A stretch of DNA of 32,000 nucleotides from contig JAITBP010000010.1 in NCBI GenBank assembly GCA_031283585.1, forward strand, positions 1 through 32,000. Direction: 5' to 3'. Below, one piece after another: positions 8,667 through 17,628 of the stretch. Position numbers and translations under genes: made by a program. Position 1 is the first letter of the stretch, and every line of letters begins with the position of its first letter. The DNA comes from Puniceicoccales bacterium (GTDB lineage Bacteria; Verrucomicrobiota; Verrucomicrobiia; Opitutales; LL51). The notes under the pieces are model-generated. The model was given only the letters and a program-made list of their open reading frames with translations, was not told where the DNA came from and ran no database searches.

Positions 8667-10466
8667 TTACCAGAATTTATCGATTTTTTTTGTCTGTTTA
8701 ATTTTTGCATCGGAAAAAATTACCGGCATAGCATGTTCATCCTGACCGAGGGAATCCAACAGAGCAGCAGCTTCTTTTTGTGTCATCTTGCCATCGGAAT
8801 CGTCCTTGTCCTGATTGGAGTCGTCTTTGTCAGTTGATTCCTGGTCCTGGTTTTCCTGGTTCTTTTCATCCTTCTGATCCTTCGAATCATCCTTCTGGTT
8901 ATCGTCCTTCTGATCGGAATTGTCGTTATTTTTTTGTTGATCAGAGTTGTTTTGGTTATTCTGTTTTTGGTCTTCTTTGCGTTTTTTTAACTCCTCTTGA
9001 TATTTTTTTACTATATCCAGGTTATGCCTAGCGTCTGAGAAATTTTCATCCAGTTCCAAAGCATTTTCGAAGCAACCTATACTTTCATCGCATAGCTTTA
9101 TGGCCTCATCTAGATTGCTTTTATCTATTGTTTTAGCTTCTTCGACCAGGGAATTTCCTCGATTATAAAACACTTCCCTATTCAATTTATATTTTGTGCC
9201 GGTGCTAAGTGCCTCGGCGAAAACTTTACTCGCTTCTTTGTACTGTTTATTGGCTAATAGTGCCGTACCGTAATTAAATTGTAATCTTTGATCGATGCGC
9301 TTATTTCCTTCCTGGGCCTTGATTTTATCAGCATAATATTGAGCTGCTTCGTCATATTTACCAGACATATACAATTTTTCACCCTTACTTTGGGTTGCAT
9401 TTGCTATGGTTGACAACAGAAGATATAGAATTACGAGACTGGCAATGCGCGTATATATCGGATCTCTGGTCCTCGTTTTTACGTTATTTGGTTTCAGTAA
9501 TAGCTCCAATATCAGCGCGATGATTGCCAAAAATATGACAATCTGAAATTTTTCGTTATATACTTTACTTTCGACAACCTTGTCGGAAGTTTCGTGGATT
9601 GATGACACGGTCTTTATTAAATCTTCTATTCCATTGTCCGACATCCTATAATAAATACCACCGGTTTCCTTGGCAATGGCTGTGAGTGTTTCCTCGTCGA
9701 GTTTTGTTTTTATCTTATTGCCGGCTTTATTTTTCAAAAAAGTCTGATTGCCAGCCTTATCAATAATTGGGATAAATTCTCCGTCGGGTGATCCCAGTCC
9801 TACGGTGTGGATGGTTATCCCGCTCAATTTGGCCTTTTTAGCAGCTGTTATGGCAGAATCTTCAAGTTCTTCACCGTCAGAAAACAGCACCAGTAGTTTA
9901 TTTGAAGCGTCTTTTGAAAATACATTGCAGGCAACTTCAATGGCCGTACCAACTTCGGTTCCCTGGTTTTGTATGATATCTGTATCCAATGCAGTTAATG
10001 ATTGGTCAAATGCTCCATAGTCCAGTGTCAATGGGCATTGTAAAAATGCACTGCCAGCAAACGCAATTATCCCAAGCCGGTGGCCCGGAAGCTTTTTTGT
10101 CATATCTTTTATTACAATTTTAGCGCGTTCTAATCGGTTCGGATTAATATCGCAGGCCAACATGCTCTTGGATACATCAACGGCGAGCAAGAGATCGGCA
10201 CCGGCAGCCTGGCGTTGTTCCAGTTTATACCCGATTTGAGGCCTGGCCAATGCCAAACAAATCAACGCTGTGGCTAGACAGAATATGAAATTTTTTACAT
10301 GCTGTATTTTAAAACTGTAATCCTTTAGTAAAATGGCAAATAGTCTTTCGGAAGCAAACAGCTTTAGCGATTTAGTTTTCCTCTTTAGGCCAATGGCAAA
10401 TATCATTGCCATCAATAATACAACCAATGGCAATAGATATAAAAAAATGATATTTCCAAATTTCAT
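8667..10466 (-). CDS. batB: BatB-BatC fusion: membrane-anchored von Willebrand factor A domain followed by TM segments, TPR repeats and an acidic low-complexity tail
   Basis: N-terminal TMs and VWA MIDAS motif 'LLLAVDVSKSM'. Mid-protein TMs 'FQIVIFLAIIALILELLL' and 'IASLVILYLLLSTIANA'. TPR 'GEKLYMSGKYDEAAQYYADKI'. Asp/Gln/Lys/Asn-rich tail. ATGA overlap with the batA stop. Confidence 0.85.
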   Translation of the reverse strand: MKFGNIIFLYLLPLVVLLMAMIFAIGLKRKTKSLKLFASERLFAILLKDYSFKIQHVKNFIFCLATALICLALARPQIGYKLEQRQAAGADLLLAVDVSKSMLACDINPNRLERAKIVIKDMTKKLPGHRLGIIAFAGSAFLQCPLTLDYGAFDQSLTALDTDIIQNQGTEVGTAIEVACNVFSKDASNKLLVLFSDGEELEDSAITAAKKAKLSGITIHTVGLGSPDGEFIPIIDKAGNQTFLKNKAGNKIKTKLDEETLTAIAKETGGIYYRMSDNGIEDLIKTVSSIHETSDKVVESKVYNEKFQIVIFLAIIALILELLLKPNNVKTRTRDPIYTRIASLVILYLLLSTIANATQSKGEKLYMSGKYDEAAQYYADKIKAQEGNKRIDQRLQFNYGTALLANKQYKEASKVFAEALSTGTKYKLNREVFYNRGNSLVEEAKTIDKSNLDEAIKLCDESIGCFENALELDENFSDARHNLDIVKKYQEELKKRKEDQKQNNQNNSDQQKNNDNSDQKDDNQKDDSKDQKDEKNQENQDQESTDKDDSNQDKDDSDGKMTQKEAAALLDSLGQDEHAMPVIFSDAKIKQTKKIDKFW

Positions 10467-11494
10467 GGTATACGTTGTAATTTAGTGTTTTTCAATATGG
10501 CTTCGAACACCAATAACAATAATGCAAGTATTGCAACCCAATGGAACAATTCATCATATAACGAGTAATTTTTGATTTTTATTTCAGTCTTTTCCAGCGC
10601 ATCTATGGTTTTATATATTTCTGTCAATTGATACTTATCCGTTGCTTTAAAGCATTTACCTCCACTTACTTCTGCGATATGTTTCAGTGACTCTATGTCT
10701 ATTTCATTTTTGGCCCGGCCTACCTTTGGTCTTCCAAATTGGTCCGTGAGTATGCCTCCGTTTGGATCCGGAATTATAAATGGCACAATGCCATTGCTTC
10801 CGATGCCAATGGTGTATATTTTGATGCCAAATGCGGCGGCGGCCTCCGCAGCAACGCCTGGTGATATGGTTCCCACATTATGGACCCCGTCGGTCAATAG
10901 CACGATTATTCTACTTTTGGCCGTAGAATCCTTCAGTCTATTGGCGCACATGGTTAGGGCCGATGAAATTGATGTTCCGTCGTCTTGCACCATACCATAA
11001 CGAAGCCGTTTTAAATTGTCACTCAACCAATTGTGATTCATAGTCGTTGGACTTATCAGGTATGCGCTTCCAGAAAATGCAACCAATCCAATCCTGTCAT
11101 AATTCCTCATTTGGATGAACTCATTGATGACCTGTTTTGCCACATCAAGTCTCGTGTCCATTGGGTTTTCTTTGGTAGCAAAATCCAATCCTAGCATTGA
11201 ACCAGATATGTCTATCGCCAACATTATATCTATGACATTTACATCTGTCTCTGAAAAACCATTTGGCCGTTGTGGCCTGGCCATGGCGATTATTAATAAT
11301 CCGATGGCTATTGTGCGCAGTATAACTAGAAATCTGCCAGCACTATTCCTGCGACGATTTGCGATGGTTTTTATGACAGAGGTATTTGAGAAAAGTACCG
11401 CCACCGGTCGGCCTACCTTTCCCATAGCCCAATATAAAATTGGTAAGACTAGTAGTAACCAAAGGTACTCTGGATTAGCAAATTCTATGCTCAA
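10463..11494 (-). CDS. batA: BatA-like membrane-anchored von Willebrand factor A domain protein
   Basis: Conserved N-terminus 'IEFANPEYLWLLLVLPIL', MIDAS 'MLAIDISGSM', 'IVLLTDGVHN' and a C-terminal TM. The TTG start overlaps the upstream stop (TTGA). Confidence 0.85.
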   Translation of the reverse strand: MSIEFANPEYLWLLLVLPILYWAMGKVGRPVAVLFSNTSVIKTIANRRRNSAGRFLVILRTIAIGLLIIAMARPQRPNGFSETDVNVIDIMLAIDISGSMLGLDFATKENPMDTRLDVAKQVINEFIQMRNYDRIGLVAFSGSAYLISPTTMNHNWLSDNLKRLRYGMVQDDGTSISSALTMCANRLKDSTAKSRIIVLLTDGVHNVGTISPGVAAEAAAAFGIKIYTIGIGSNGIVPFIIPDPNGGILTDQFGRPKVGRAKNEIDIESLKHIAEVSGGKCFKATDKYQLTEIYKTIDALEKTEIKIKNYSLYDELFHWVAILALLLLVFEAILKNTKLQRIP

Positions 11495-12114
11495 TTTTTA
11501 CCTCCTTTGGCTTTTGACACAGAATTCGCACTACGCTGTCTGTTCTTTTTACACTCAATGGCCCTGACAAAATTACATGCCTTGACATAAATTTCGCGCT
11601 GTTGCAGATCGGAATAGGTTTTAGCGGCAAACTTGGCAAAATCAGAATATTTCAATATATCAGCCAATAAACTAGATGTTAGCCAATCTAACTTCACGCT
11701 TTTATCAAAAATTTTCAAAAATTCCTCACTGGTTTTCGAAATCACCCTTATGTTATATTCACGCTGGAGATAACGACGAATGGCATTGGAAACAAGTACA
11801 GCAAACTCATCGGTTGTTTCAGGACCAATAAAGCTTCTTGAATGCTTTAAATCTCGTAAAACTTCTTCGAAAGAGGACAACTGTACCGTCGGTAATTTTT
11901 TACCATTAAACCGTCGAAAAATCAGATATAATACCAGGACTAGCAATAATAATATCACAACGCCTGCGAAAACCAAAGGCCAGAGATTACCTATTTCGAC
12001 CGGAGGTATAGACGGCTTCAAGTCGAATACATCGACAACACTTTGCTCATCATCGGAACGAACCAATGCTAGGCTAGAAATTAAAAGTAAAATAAAACAC
12101 AACACAACTCTCAT
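11491..12114 (-). CDS. DUF4381-like single-pass membrane protein (first gene of the Bat operon here)
   Basis: Signal-like N-terminus, 'PSIPPVEIGNLWPLVFAGVVILLLLVLVLYLIF' (Pro-rich motif then TM) and a helical C-terminal domain. Its position immediately upstream of batA matches the usual family context. Confidence 0.6.
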   Translation of the reverse strand: MRVVLCFILLLISSLALVRSDDEQSVVDVFDLKPSIPPVEIGNLWPLVFAGVVILLLLVLVLYLIFRRFNGKKLPTVQLSSFEEVLRDLKHSRSFIGPETTDEFAVLVSNAIRRYLQREYNIRVISKTSEEFLKIFDKSVKLDWLTSSLLADILKYSDFAKFAAKTYSDLQQREIYVKACNFVRAIECKKNRQRSANSVSKAKGGKN

Positions 12115-12131
12115 AATCGCTGCGTTAAATG

Positions 12132-12159
12132 ATCCTACTTTCTGTATGCATCAAGTCAA
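12132..12159 (-). promoter_or_regulatory. candidate sigma70-type promoter for the Bat operon
   Basis: Minus strand TTGACT (12159-12154), 16-nt spacer, TAGGAT (12137-12132), about 20 nt upstream of ATG 12114. Such matches are common by chance in AT-rich DNA. Confidence 0.2.
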
Positions 12160-12175
12160 TAAATTCTAATCAAAA

Positions 12176-12802
12176 TCATGCAAGTTTGCAACAAATTTGA
12201 CACGAAGCAATGTTATGCCCCCTTGCTTTACAAAATTCCCTACCGAATAAAATCATACGAATATGCAGGTCATGCCATTTGGTTTTATCGAACAGATTTT
12301 TGAGATCTGCTTCTGTTTGGGCCACATTTTTACCACTGCTAAGCCTCCAGCGCCTGGCCAGTCTATGAATATGCGTATCCACCGGAAATGCATATCCACC
12401 AAAGGCTTGAGAATAGACCACCGAAGCAGTTTTGTGCCCCACTCCAGGCAGAGATTCAAGCTCTTCCAGCGAATCTGGTACCTTGCCATTAAACCTCGAG
12501 ATCAACGTTTCTGCCATATATTTTATAGCCCTTGCCTTGTTTCTGAATAAGCCGCAGGGTCTTATTGCGGATTCCAATGAATTGACCGACAGCTGCAAAA
12601 TATCACCCGGAGTTGATGCCATACTGAACAGCTCTTTTGTCACCCGATTAACCACCCTATCGGTGCACTGGGCAGATAATATCACCGCAATTAGTAAGGT
12701 GAATGGGTCGTTATGACATAGTGGTATATCGATTTTTGGATAGATTTTACTGAGGATTTTTTCCACAAAATTTGCCCGGTCAAATATGTCATTTATTTGC
12801 AT
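12176..12802 (-). CDS. nth: endonuclease III (HhH-GPD DNA glycosylase/AP lyase)
   Basis: 'LIAVILSAQCTD', HhH 'LESLPGVGHKTASVV', catalytic-region 'FPVDTHIHRLARRW' and a C-terminal Cys cluster. Confidence 0.9.
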   Translation of the reverse strand: MQINDIFDRANFVEKILSKIYPKIDIPLCHNDPFTLLIAVILSAQCTDRVVNRVTKELFSMASTPGDILQLSVNSLESAIRPCGLFRNKARAIKYMAETLISRFNGKVPDSLEELESLPGVGHKTASVVYSQAFGGYAFPVDTHIHRLARRWRLSSGKNVAQTEADLKNLFDKTKWHDLHIRMILFGREFCKARGHNIASCQICCKLA

Positions 12803-13736
12803 CTTCAGACAACCTATCTATTACCGCGGCAAAGTCATCAGGAAAATTTGAGAAAAAACCCATTTCCTTGCCAGTTACAGGATGAACTAACTCCAGGTTC
12901 ATCGCATGCAGCATAACGCGATCACATTCGATGGCATTTGTATTACAAGCTTGGCCATAGGTCCTATCGCCAAGGATTGGATGGCCAATATGGCTCAGAT
13001 GTACGCGGATTTGATGGGTTCTGCCGGTAATCGTATTTACGCTTAAAAGTGCCGTCGATTTAAAATTATTGCACAGGTTCCATATGGTCCTGGCCTCTCG
13101 CCCCTTGGTTGTAACACACATACGTGTTCTTAGGGTTCTACTCCTACCGATCGGTTCATCTATTATGCCGGTTTTGATAGAAAAATTTCCGTGAACTATA
13201 CAGCTATATTTTTTCTTGATGACATGGCGAGAGAACTGTTTTTGAAGAGATAAGTAGGCTTTATCTGTCTTAGCAAAGATGATTACTCCAGAGGTTTCCT
13301 TATCTAACCTATGGACGACGCCTGGCCTGAGCTCACCGCCAAGTTGGCTTAAGTCGCAATGGGAAAGCACCATTTCTACCAGGGTCGTCTCTCTGGTGCC
13401 ATTTCCTCCATGGACAACAATACCTGGTCTTTTATCAATAACTATCAACGATTCGTCTTCGAAAATTATGTCTATTGGTGCCGGGGTTGGATTCAGGCTG
13501 CATTTTTTGGATTTTATCTTTAAAAATTTCACCACGTCACCGGATTTTAACAAAAAATTTTTCTTTACCGGTCTGTCATTAACAAACACTCCATCCGCCG
13601 TGAAAAATTTCTGAATATAGGTCCTTGATATGTCATCAAGTGCTTCTGACAGAAACACATCTACTCTTTTGCCTACCGAATTATCTTCCACAGAAATTTC
13701 CTGCCAATTACTATAATCTATGCTATGATTTGTCAT
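12789..13736 (-). CDS. rluD: RluA-family 23S rRNA pseudouridine synthase (RluD-like, N-terminal S4 domain)
   Basis: S4 'RVDVFLSEAL...SRTYIQKFF', catalytic 'HRLDKETSGVIIFAK', 'GRTHQIRVHLSHIGHPILGD' and 'LHA'. Confidence 0.9.
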   Translation of the reverse strand: MTNHSIDYSNWQEISVEDNSVGKRVDVFLSEALDDISRTYIQKFFTADGVFVNDRPVKKNFLLKSGDVVKFLKIKSKKCSLNPTPAPIDIIFEDESLIVIDKRPGIVVHGGNGTRETTLVEMVLSHCDLSQLGGELRPGVVHRLDKETSGVIIFAKTDKAYLSLQKQFSRHVIKKKYSCIVHGNFSIKTGIIDEPIGRSRTLRTRMCVTTKGREARTIWNLCNNFKSTALLSVNTITGRTHQIRVHLSHIGHPILGDRTYGQACNTNAIECDRVMLHAMNLELVHPVTGKEMGFFSNFPDDFAAVIDRLSEDANK

Positions 13737-13910
13737 TTGATCGTAAAATTTCTAAGCCATGTATTGGATGATGGCGACAATAATAAAGCGATCAATGGAT
13801 AGCAATCCATGTTTGCAATTATATATTTTAGCTATTTCGTTACCCATGGTTCTGGGAATTAATAAATTTTTCTTTCAATTCGTTTTTAATTCATTTAGCT
13901 AATCACACTA

Positions 13911-14810
13911 GTGGATGAGGGTGTTTCAGTGTTTAATCGCTATACTAAACTGGTTGAAATTGAACCAGTGTATGGCGAAGCGTACCTTAAATGGTTGTAC
14001 TTCAGCCCTATTGGTGAACTTACCCTTAATCTACTCGTTAAAAGGAAGTTCGTTTCGTCGATTTTCGGGACGTACATGCGATCAAAAAGATCAAAAAATA
14101 AAATAGTTCCGTTTATAGAAAAATATAATATAAGCACCGAATCCTTCGAAAAAAAGGTCGATGATTTTTTTTCATTTGATGATTTTTTTTCCAGAAAGCT
14201 TAAAAAAACTGCCAGGCCAGTGGTTACGGAAGATGGACATGTTGTGTTTCCCTGTGATGGAAGGCACCTGGTTATAGAAAATACATACGATCTGCCGCCA
14301 TTTTTTGTAAAAGGCCAAAAATTTGATATAAATTCACTATTATTAAATAAGCAATTACTTGGCCGGATTAGGGATGGATCGGTCGTTATCTCGAGACTCA
14401 ATCCGATAGATTACCACAGGTTCCATTTCCCATGCAATTGTGTACCAACCCAGCATTACAGTATAAATGGCGATTATCTATCAGTGAACCCTATTGTCAC
14501 CAAGGAATTTTTTAAAATTTTTCTTCAGAACAGACGTGAAGTTACGCTATTGGAAACGGATGATATAGGTCACATTGTTATGGTTGAGGTTGGAGCCACG
14601 TTTGTTGGCAGCATATATCAAACATTTGATCTTGGTGGTAAATATTATGCCGGCCAAGAAAAGGGATATTTTGGGTTTGGTGGATCGACGATTATAACAA
14701 TTTTTGAAAAACACAAAATCAAGTTTTCTGATGATATCATCGAAAACTCAAGAAAGGGAATGGAGACCTATGTGTTGATGGGAGATTCTATGGGAACAAA
14801 AGTAAAATAA
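13911..14810 (+). CDS. psd: phosphatidylserine decarboxylase proenzyme (about 300-aa class)
   Basis: N-terminus 'FNRYTKLVEIEPVYGEAYLKWLY', 'DYHRFHFP' and the self-cleavage site 'GFGGSTIITIF' (G-S-T). GTG start. Confidence 0.9.
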   Translation: MDEGVSVFNRYTKLVEIEPVYGEAYLKWLYFSPIGELTLNLLVKRKFVSSIFGTYMRSKRSKNKIVPFIEKYNISTESFEKKVDDFFSFDDFFSRKLKKTARPVVTEDGHVVFPCDGRHLVIENTYDLPPFFVKGQKFDINSLLLNKQLLGRIRDGSVVISRLNPIDYHRFHFPCNCVPTQHYSINGDYLSVNPIVTKEFFKIFLQNRREVTLLETDDIGHIVMVEVGATFVGSIYQTFDLGGKYYAGQEKGYFGFGGSTIITIFEKHKIKFSDDIIENSRKGMETYVLMGDSMGTKVK

Positions 14811-14844
14811 ATCTACAAAACAAAAACAAAAAAGGGGATTAAGT

Positions 14845-15351
14845 ATGAAACGATTATATGTCGTCCGTCATGCTCAGGCGGTTGTTGATAACGACACGCC
14901 TGATTATGACCGGGCATTGAGTAAGGATGGGATAAATGAAGCACAAAATGTGGCTTACAAGTTGGCTTCCACAGGAATGCGACCAGACCTGATGATTACG
15001 AGCGGTGCAAGGCGATCGCTGGACACAGCAAGAATCATCAGAGAAGTGTTTGGCCTTTTGTCTAGCGCGATACAGGTACATGATGAACTATACCTTGCCG
15101 ATGCTGACAAGATTTTCGAAGCACTTACACAGATTCCTGATAACAAGAATTCTGTCATGGTTATATCTCATAATCCTGGTATATCCAGGTTTTTGGAAGA
15201 CATAACTGGTAATGATAAGGTAACCATGACCACAGGATCTATGGCGGTGGTTGAAATCCATGCTATGCATTGGAGCGATATTGCCTCAAGACCACATATG
15301 GGTCGACAATTGATTTTTTTTTCACCTCATAGTGTTACAGATCATGAATAA
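14845..15351 (+). CDS. sixA: SixA-type histidine phosphatase (phosphohistidine phosphatase family)
   Basis: 'LYVVRHAQA' (RHG-type motif), 'ITSGARRSLDTARII' and 'VISHNPGIS'. AAGGGG Shine-Dalgarno-like element about 8 nt upstream. Confidence 0.75.
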   Translation: MKRLYVVRHAQAVVDNDTPDYDRALSKDGINEAQNVAYKLASTGMRPDLMITSGARRSLDTARIIREVFGLLSSAIQVHDELYLADADKIFEALTQIPDNKNSVMVISHNPGISRFLEDITGNDKVTMTTGSMAVVEIHAMHWSDIASRPHMGRQLIFFSPHSVTDHE

Positions 15352-15889
15352 GAGAACTGTTGTTATTATTGGCAATGGGGTTGAAGAGACTGAGCTGGTG
15401 GTACCAGTGGATATGTTACGAAGGGCCGGGACCGATGTTAAAATCCTGTCCATCGATGATAAAATTGTCATTGGATCTAACAATATCTCAGTGGTAGCAG
15501 ATGGGTTGCTGCGTGACTATAGGTACGATAAACCGGATTGTATTTTGCTACCCGGAGGCCCCTGGGCATTAAAAGCTAGACACAATCAGGATGTGCTTGG
15601 CCTTGTAAAAGATCAGTATGATAATAAACTAGTCGTGGCAGCTATTTGTGCGGCCCCATTGATCCTGAATGATGCCGGTGTGCTCGATGGCCACGAATAC
15701 ACTTCTCATTTTTCCGTGAAACTGGAGTGTTCCGATGTGACCAGGCCGGTTATTCTGGATGGCAATATAATTACGGCAAGAGGCCCCGGGGCAGCCATAG
15801 AATTTGGCATTGCAATAATAACAAAGCTCTATGGACAGACAACAACCTTTGGCATAGCAAATGCCATGTGCATACCCATGACAAAATAA
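15344..15889 (+). CDS. DJ-1/PfpI (ThiJ) family protein
   Basis: 'VVIIGNGVEETELVVPVDMLRRAG', nucleophile elbow 'VAAICAAPLIL' and 'GNIITARGPGAAIEF'. ATG 15344 overlaps the sixA stop by 8 nt; the ORF-track GTG start is at 15332. Confidence 0.85.
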   Translation: MNKRTVVIIGNGVEETELVVPVDMLRRAGTDVKILSIDDKIVIGSNNISVVADGLLRDYRYDKPDCILLPGGPWALKARHNQDVLGLVKDQYDNKLVVAAICAAPLILNDAGVLDGHEYTSHFSVKLECSDVTRPVILDGNIITARGPGAAIEFGIAIITKLYGQTTTFGIANAMCIPMTK

Positions 15890-15899
15890 CCAGGAATAT

Positions 15900-16433
15900 T
15901 TAGGAAATTAACGACGATGCAGCATCAATTACAAGTTTTTCAATACTGGCAAGATCCGGCTGGTGCTTTAATATGGCACCTAGACCCGTCGCAATGTCTT
16001 TAATATCTGATGGATAGTTACTTATGTCTGCGTTTACATTTATACCAATGCCGGAAACGGCTACCAGTATTTTATTATTGAGGACCTTTGTTTCTGTCAA
16101 CACCCCGGCCAACTTTTTGCCATTGAAATATATATCGTTTGGGTATTTTAGTGTGAATTTTACATGAAACATGTCGGCCAATCCGTCGACCACCAATCCA
16201 GCAAATTTGGTCGAGAAGTTAGAAAAATCTTCCGGTGTTTGCTTTGGCTTGAAAGCGATCGACAGGTATAAATTTTTGTCAGCAGGGCTATACCATCGAC
16301 GATCAAACTTACCACGACCAGCGGTCTGTTTTTCAGCGATTACTATAAACGGCGTTGGTTGCTGATTTTTTTCCAGCAAATCAAAAGCATAGTTATTTGT
16401 ACTATCGATGATTTTTAGTCTAAAAATTTGCAT
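15900..16433 (-). CDS. birA: biotin--[acetyl-CoA-carboxylase] ligase, catalytic domain only (177 aa)
   Basis: 'AEKQTAGRGKFDRRWYSP' (GRGRxGR-type biotin/ATP loop), 'KYPNDIYFNGKKLAGVLTE' and 'VSGIGINVN'. No HTH domain, and seemingly no C-terminal SH3-like domain. Confidence 0.85.
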   Translation of the reverse strand: MQIFRLKIIDSTNNYAFDLLEKNQQPTPFIVIAEKQTAGRGKFDRRWYSPADKNLYLSIAFKPKQTPEDFSNFSTKFAGLVVDGLADMFHVKFTLKYPNDIYFNGKKLAGVLTETKVLNNKILVAVSGIGINVNADISNYPSDIKDIATGLGAILKHQPDLASIEKLVIDAASSLIS

Positions 16434-16468
16434 ATTTCATTTTTATATTGTAAAAACATTTCGTAAAT

Positions 16469-17071
16469 ATGCCATTTACGTCAATGACCAATGGAAAACT
16501 TTTCATAATCTCTGGGCCGGCCGGAGTTGGTAAGTCTACAGTTTGTAAAAATTTACTAGCATCGACAGGTGACAAAACACTTTGTCGAGTCATAACGATG
16601 ACCACAAGAAAGCCAAGGCATAATGAAGTCCATGCGGAAGATTACCACTTTGTTTCCGAACAGTATTTTGAAGATTGTATCAGAAAAAATAAGTTACTTG
16701 AGTATGCAACAGTTTACGAAAAAGCTAGATATGGTACCCCAAAGGAATTTGTTATCGAAAGTTTATTGAAAGGAATCAATTTATTACTTGTGATAGATGT
16801 CCAAGGAATGATTGGAATTAAAAAAAATATACTGCCAGAATTGCTGCCTAATGTGGTCACCATATTTATTTTACCAGCATCGCTGGCCACGGTGGTCGAT
16901 AGATTAACTCACAGGAATTCCGAATCTCTTGATGAGCTTCATCGCCGGATAAAATCCGCGGAAGATGAGATCAAGATGGCCCGGGAATATGACTATAACA
17001 TTCTTAGTGGTAATGAGCTTGAGGATTTATTATCACTGAAGAAGATCTATGAGCTAGAAACATGCGTATAA
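16469..17071 (+). CDS. gmk: guanylate kinase
   Basis: P-loop 'ISGPAGVGKSTV', 'TTRKPRHNEVHAEDYHFVS', 'LEYATVYEKARYGTPK' and 'IDVQG'. Confidence 0.92.
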   Translation: MPFTSMTNGKLFIISGPAGVGKSTVCKNLLASTGDKTLCRVITMTTRKPRHNEVHAEDYHFVSEQYFEDCIRKNKLLEYATVYEKARYGTPKEFVIESLLKGINLLLVIDVQGMIGIKKNILPELLPNVVTIFILPASLATVVDRLTHRNSESLDELHRRIKSAEDEIKMAREYDYNILSGNELEDLLSLKKIYELETCV

Positions 17072-17628
17072 CCGGAGGAGTCGCCAAAAGTATAAAACTG
17101 GCATTGCTGGAATGCGGGTCATTGCGGCCAGCCACGGATTTTCTCAGACAGGCGGTGTTTTCATCGCTTGGAGGCATAACCGTGGGGAAAAAATTCCTTG
17201 ATCTATTTGCCGGCACAGGAGCCTATGGGCTAGAATCACTTAGTAGAGGTGCTATCGGTGGCCTATTTGTTGAAATAAATTTTTCTTTGAAATCAATTCT
17301 ACAGAAAAACATAAATGCCGTTTCCAAAAGTATCGACATCGACAGCTCCTGTTGCGGTATCATCATAGGCAATGGCCTGACATTTTATTCCAAAGAAAAG
17401 TTTGATCTGGTCTTCATTGATCCACCCTATGATATCTCGAGAAGTTCATCGGATAGGCTTCTAGTAAACGCTCTGACACTTCTGTCGGACAGCTATGATG
17501 CACGGTTGATATTTGAAGTGCCTTCGGACTTGCCATCGCCGGTAATACATGGATTACATGAGATAAACCGTATCGGTAAAAGTAATAAAAGAAATAGCCC
17601 GGCTGCCATAATATATGGAAAAAGTTGA
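17062..17628 (+). CDS. rsmD: 16S rRNA (guanine966-N2)-methyltransferase RsmD
   Basis: 'MRITGG', 'RPATDFLRQAVFSSL', SAM motif 'LDLFAGTGAYGLESLSRGA' and 'FIDPPY'. Overlaps the gmk stop by 10 nt. Confidence 0.88.
   Translation: MRITGGVAKSIKLALLECGSLRPATDFLRQAVFSSLGGITVGKKFLDLFAGTGAYGLESLSRGAIGGLFVEINFSLKSILQKNINAVSKSIDIDSSCCGIIIGNGLTFYSKEKFDLVFIDPPYDISRSSSDRLLVNALTLLSDSYDARLIFEVPSDLPSPVIHGLHEINRIGKSNKRNSPAAIIYGKS

Noticed and set aside
11115-11567. A 150-aa plus-strand ORF antisense to batA. Similar antisense ORFs occur at 9748-10020, 10695-11000, 11780-12169 and 13940-14401.
   Set aside because: All are embedded in CDS that carry clear family motifs on the opposite strand, and none has an independent signal.
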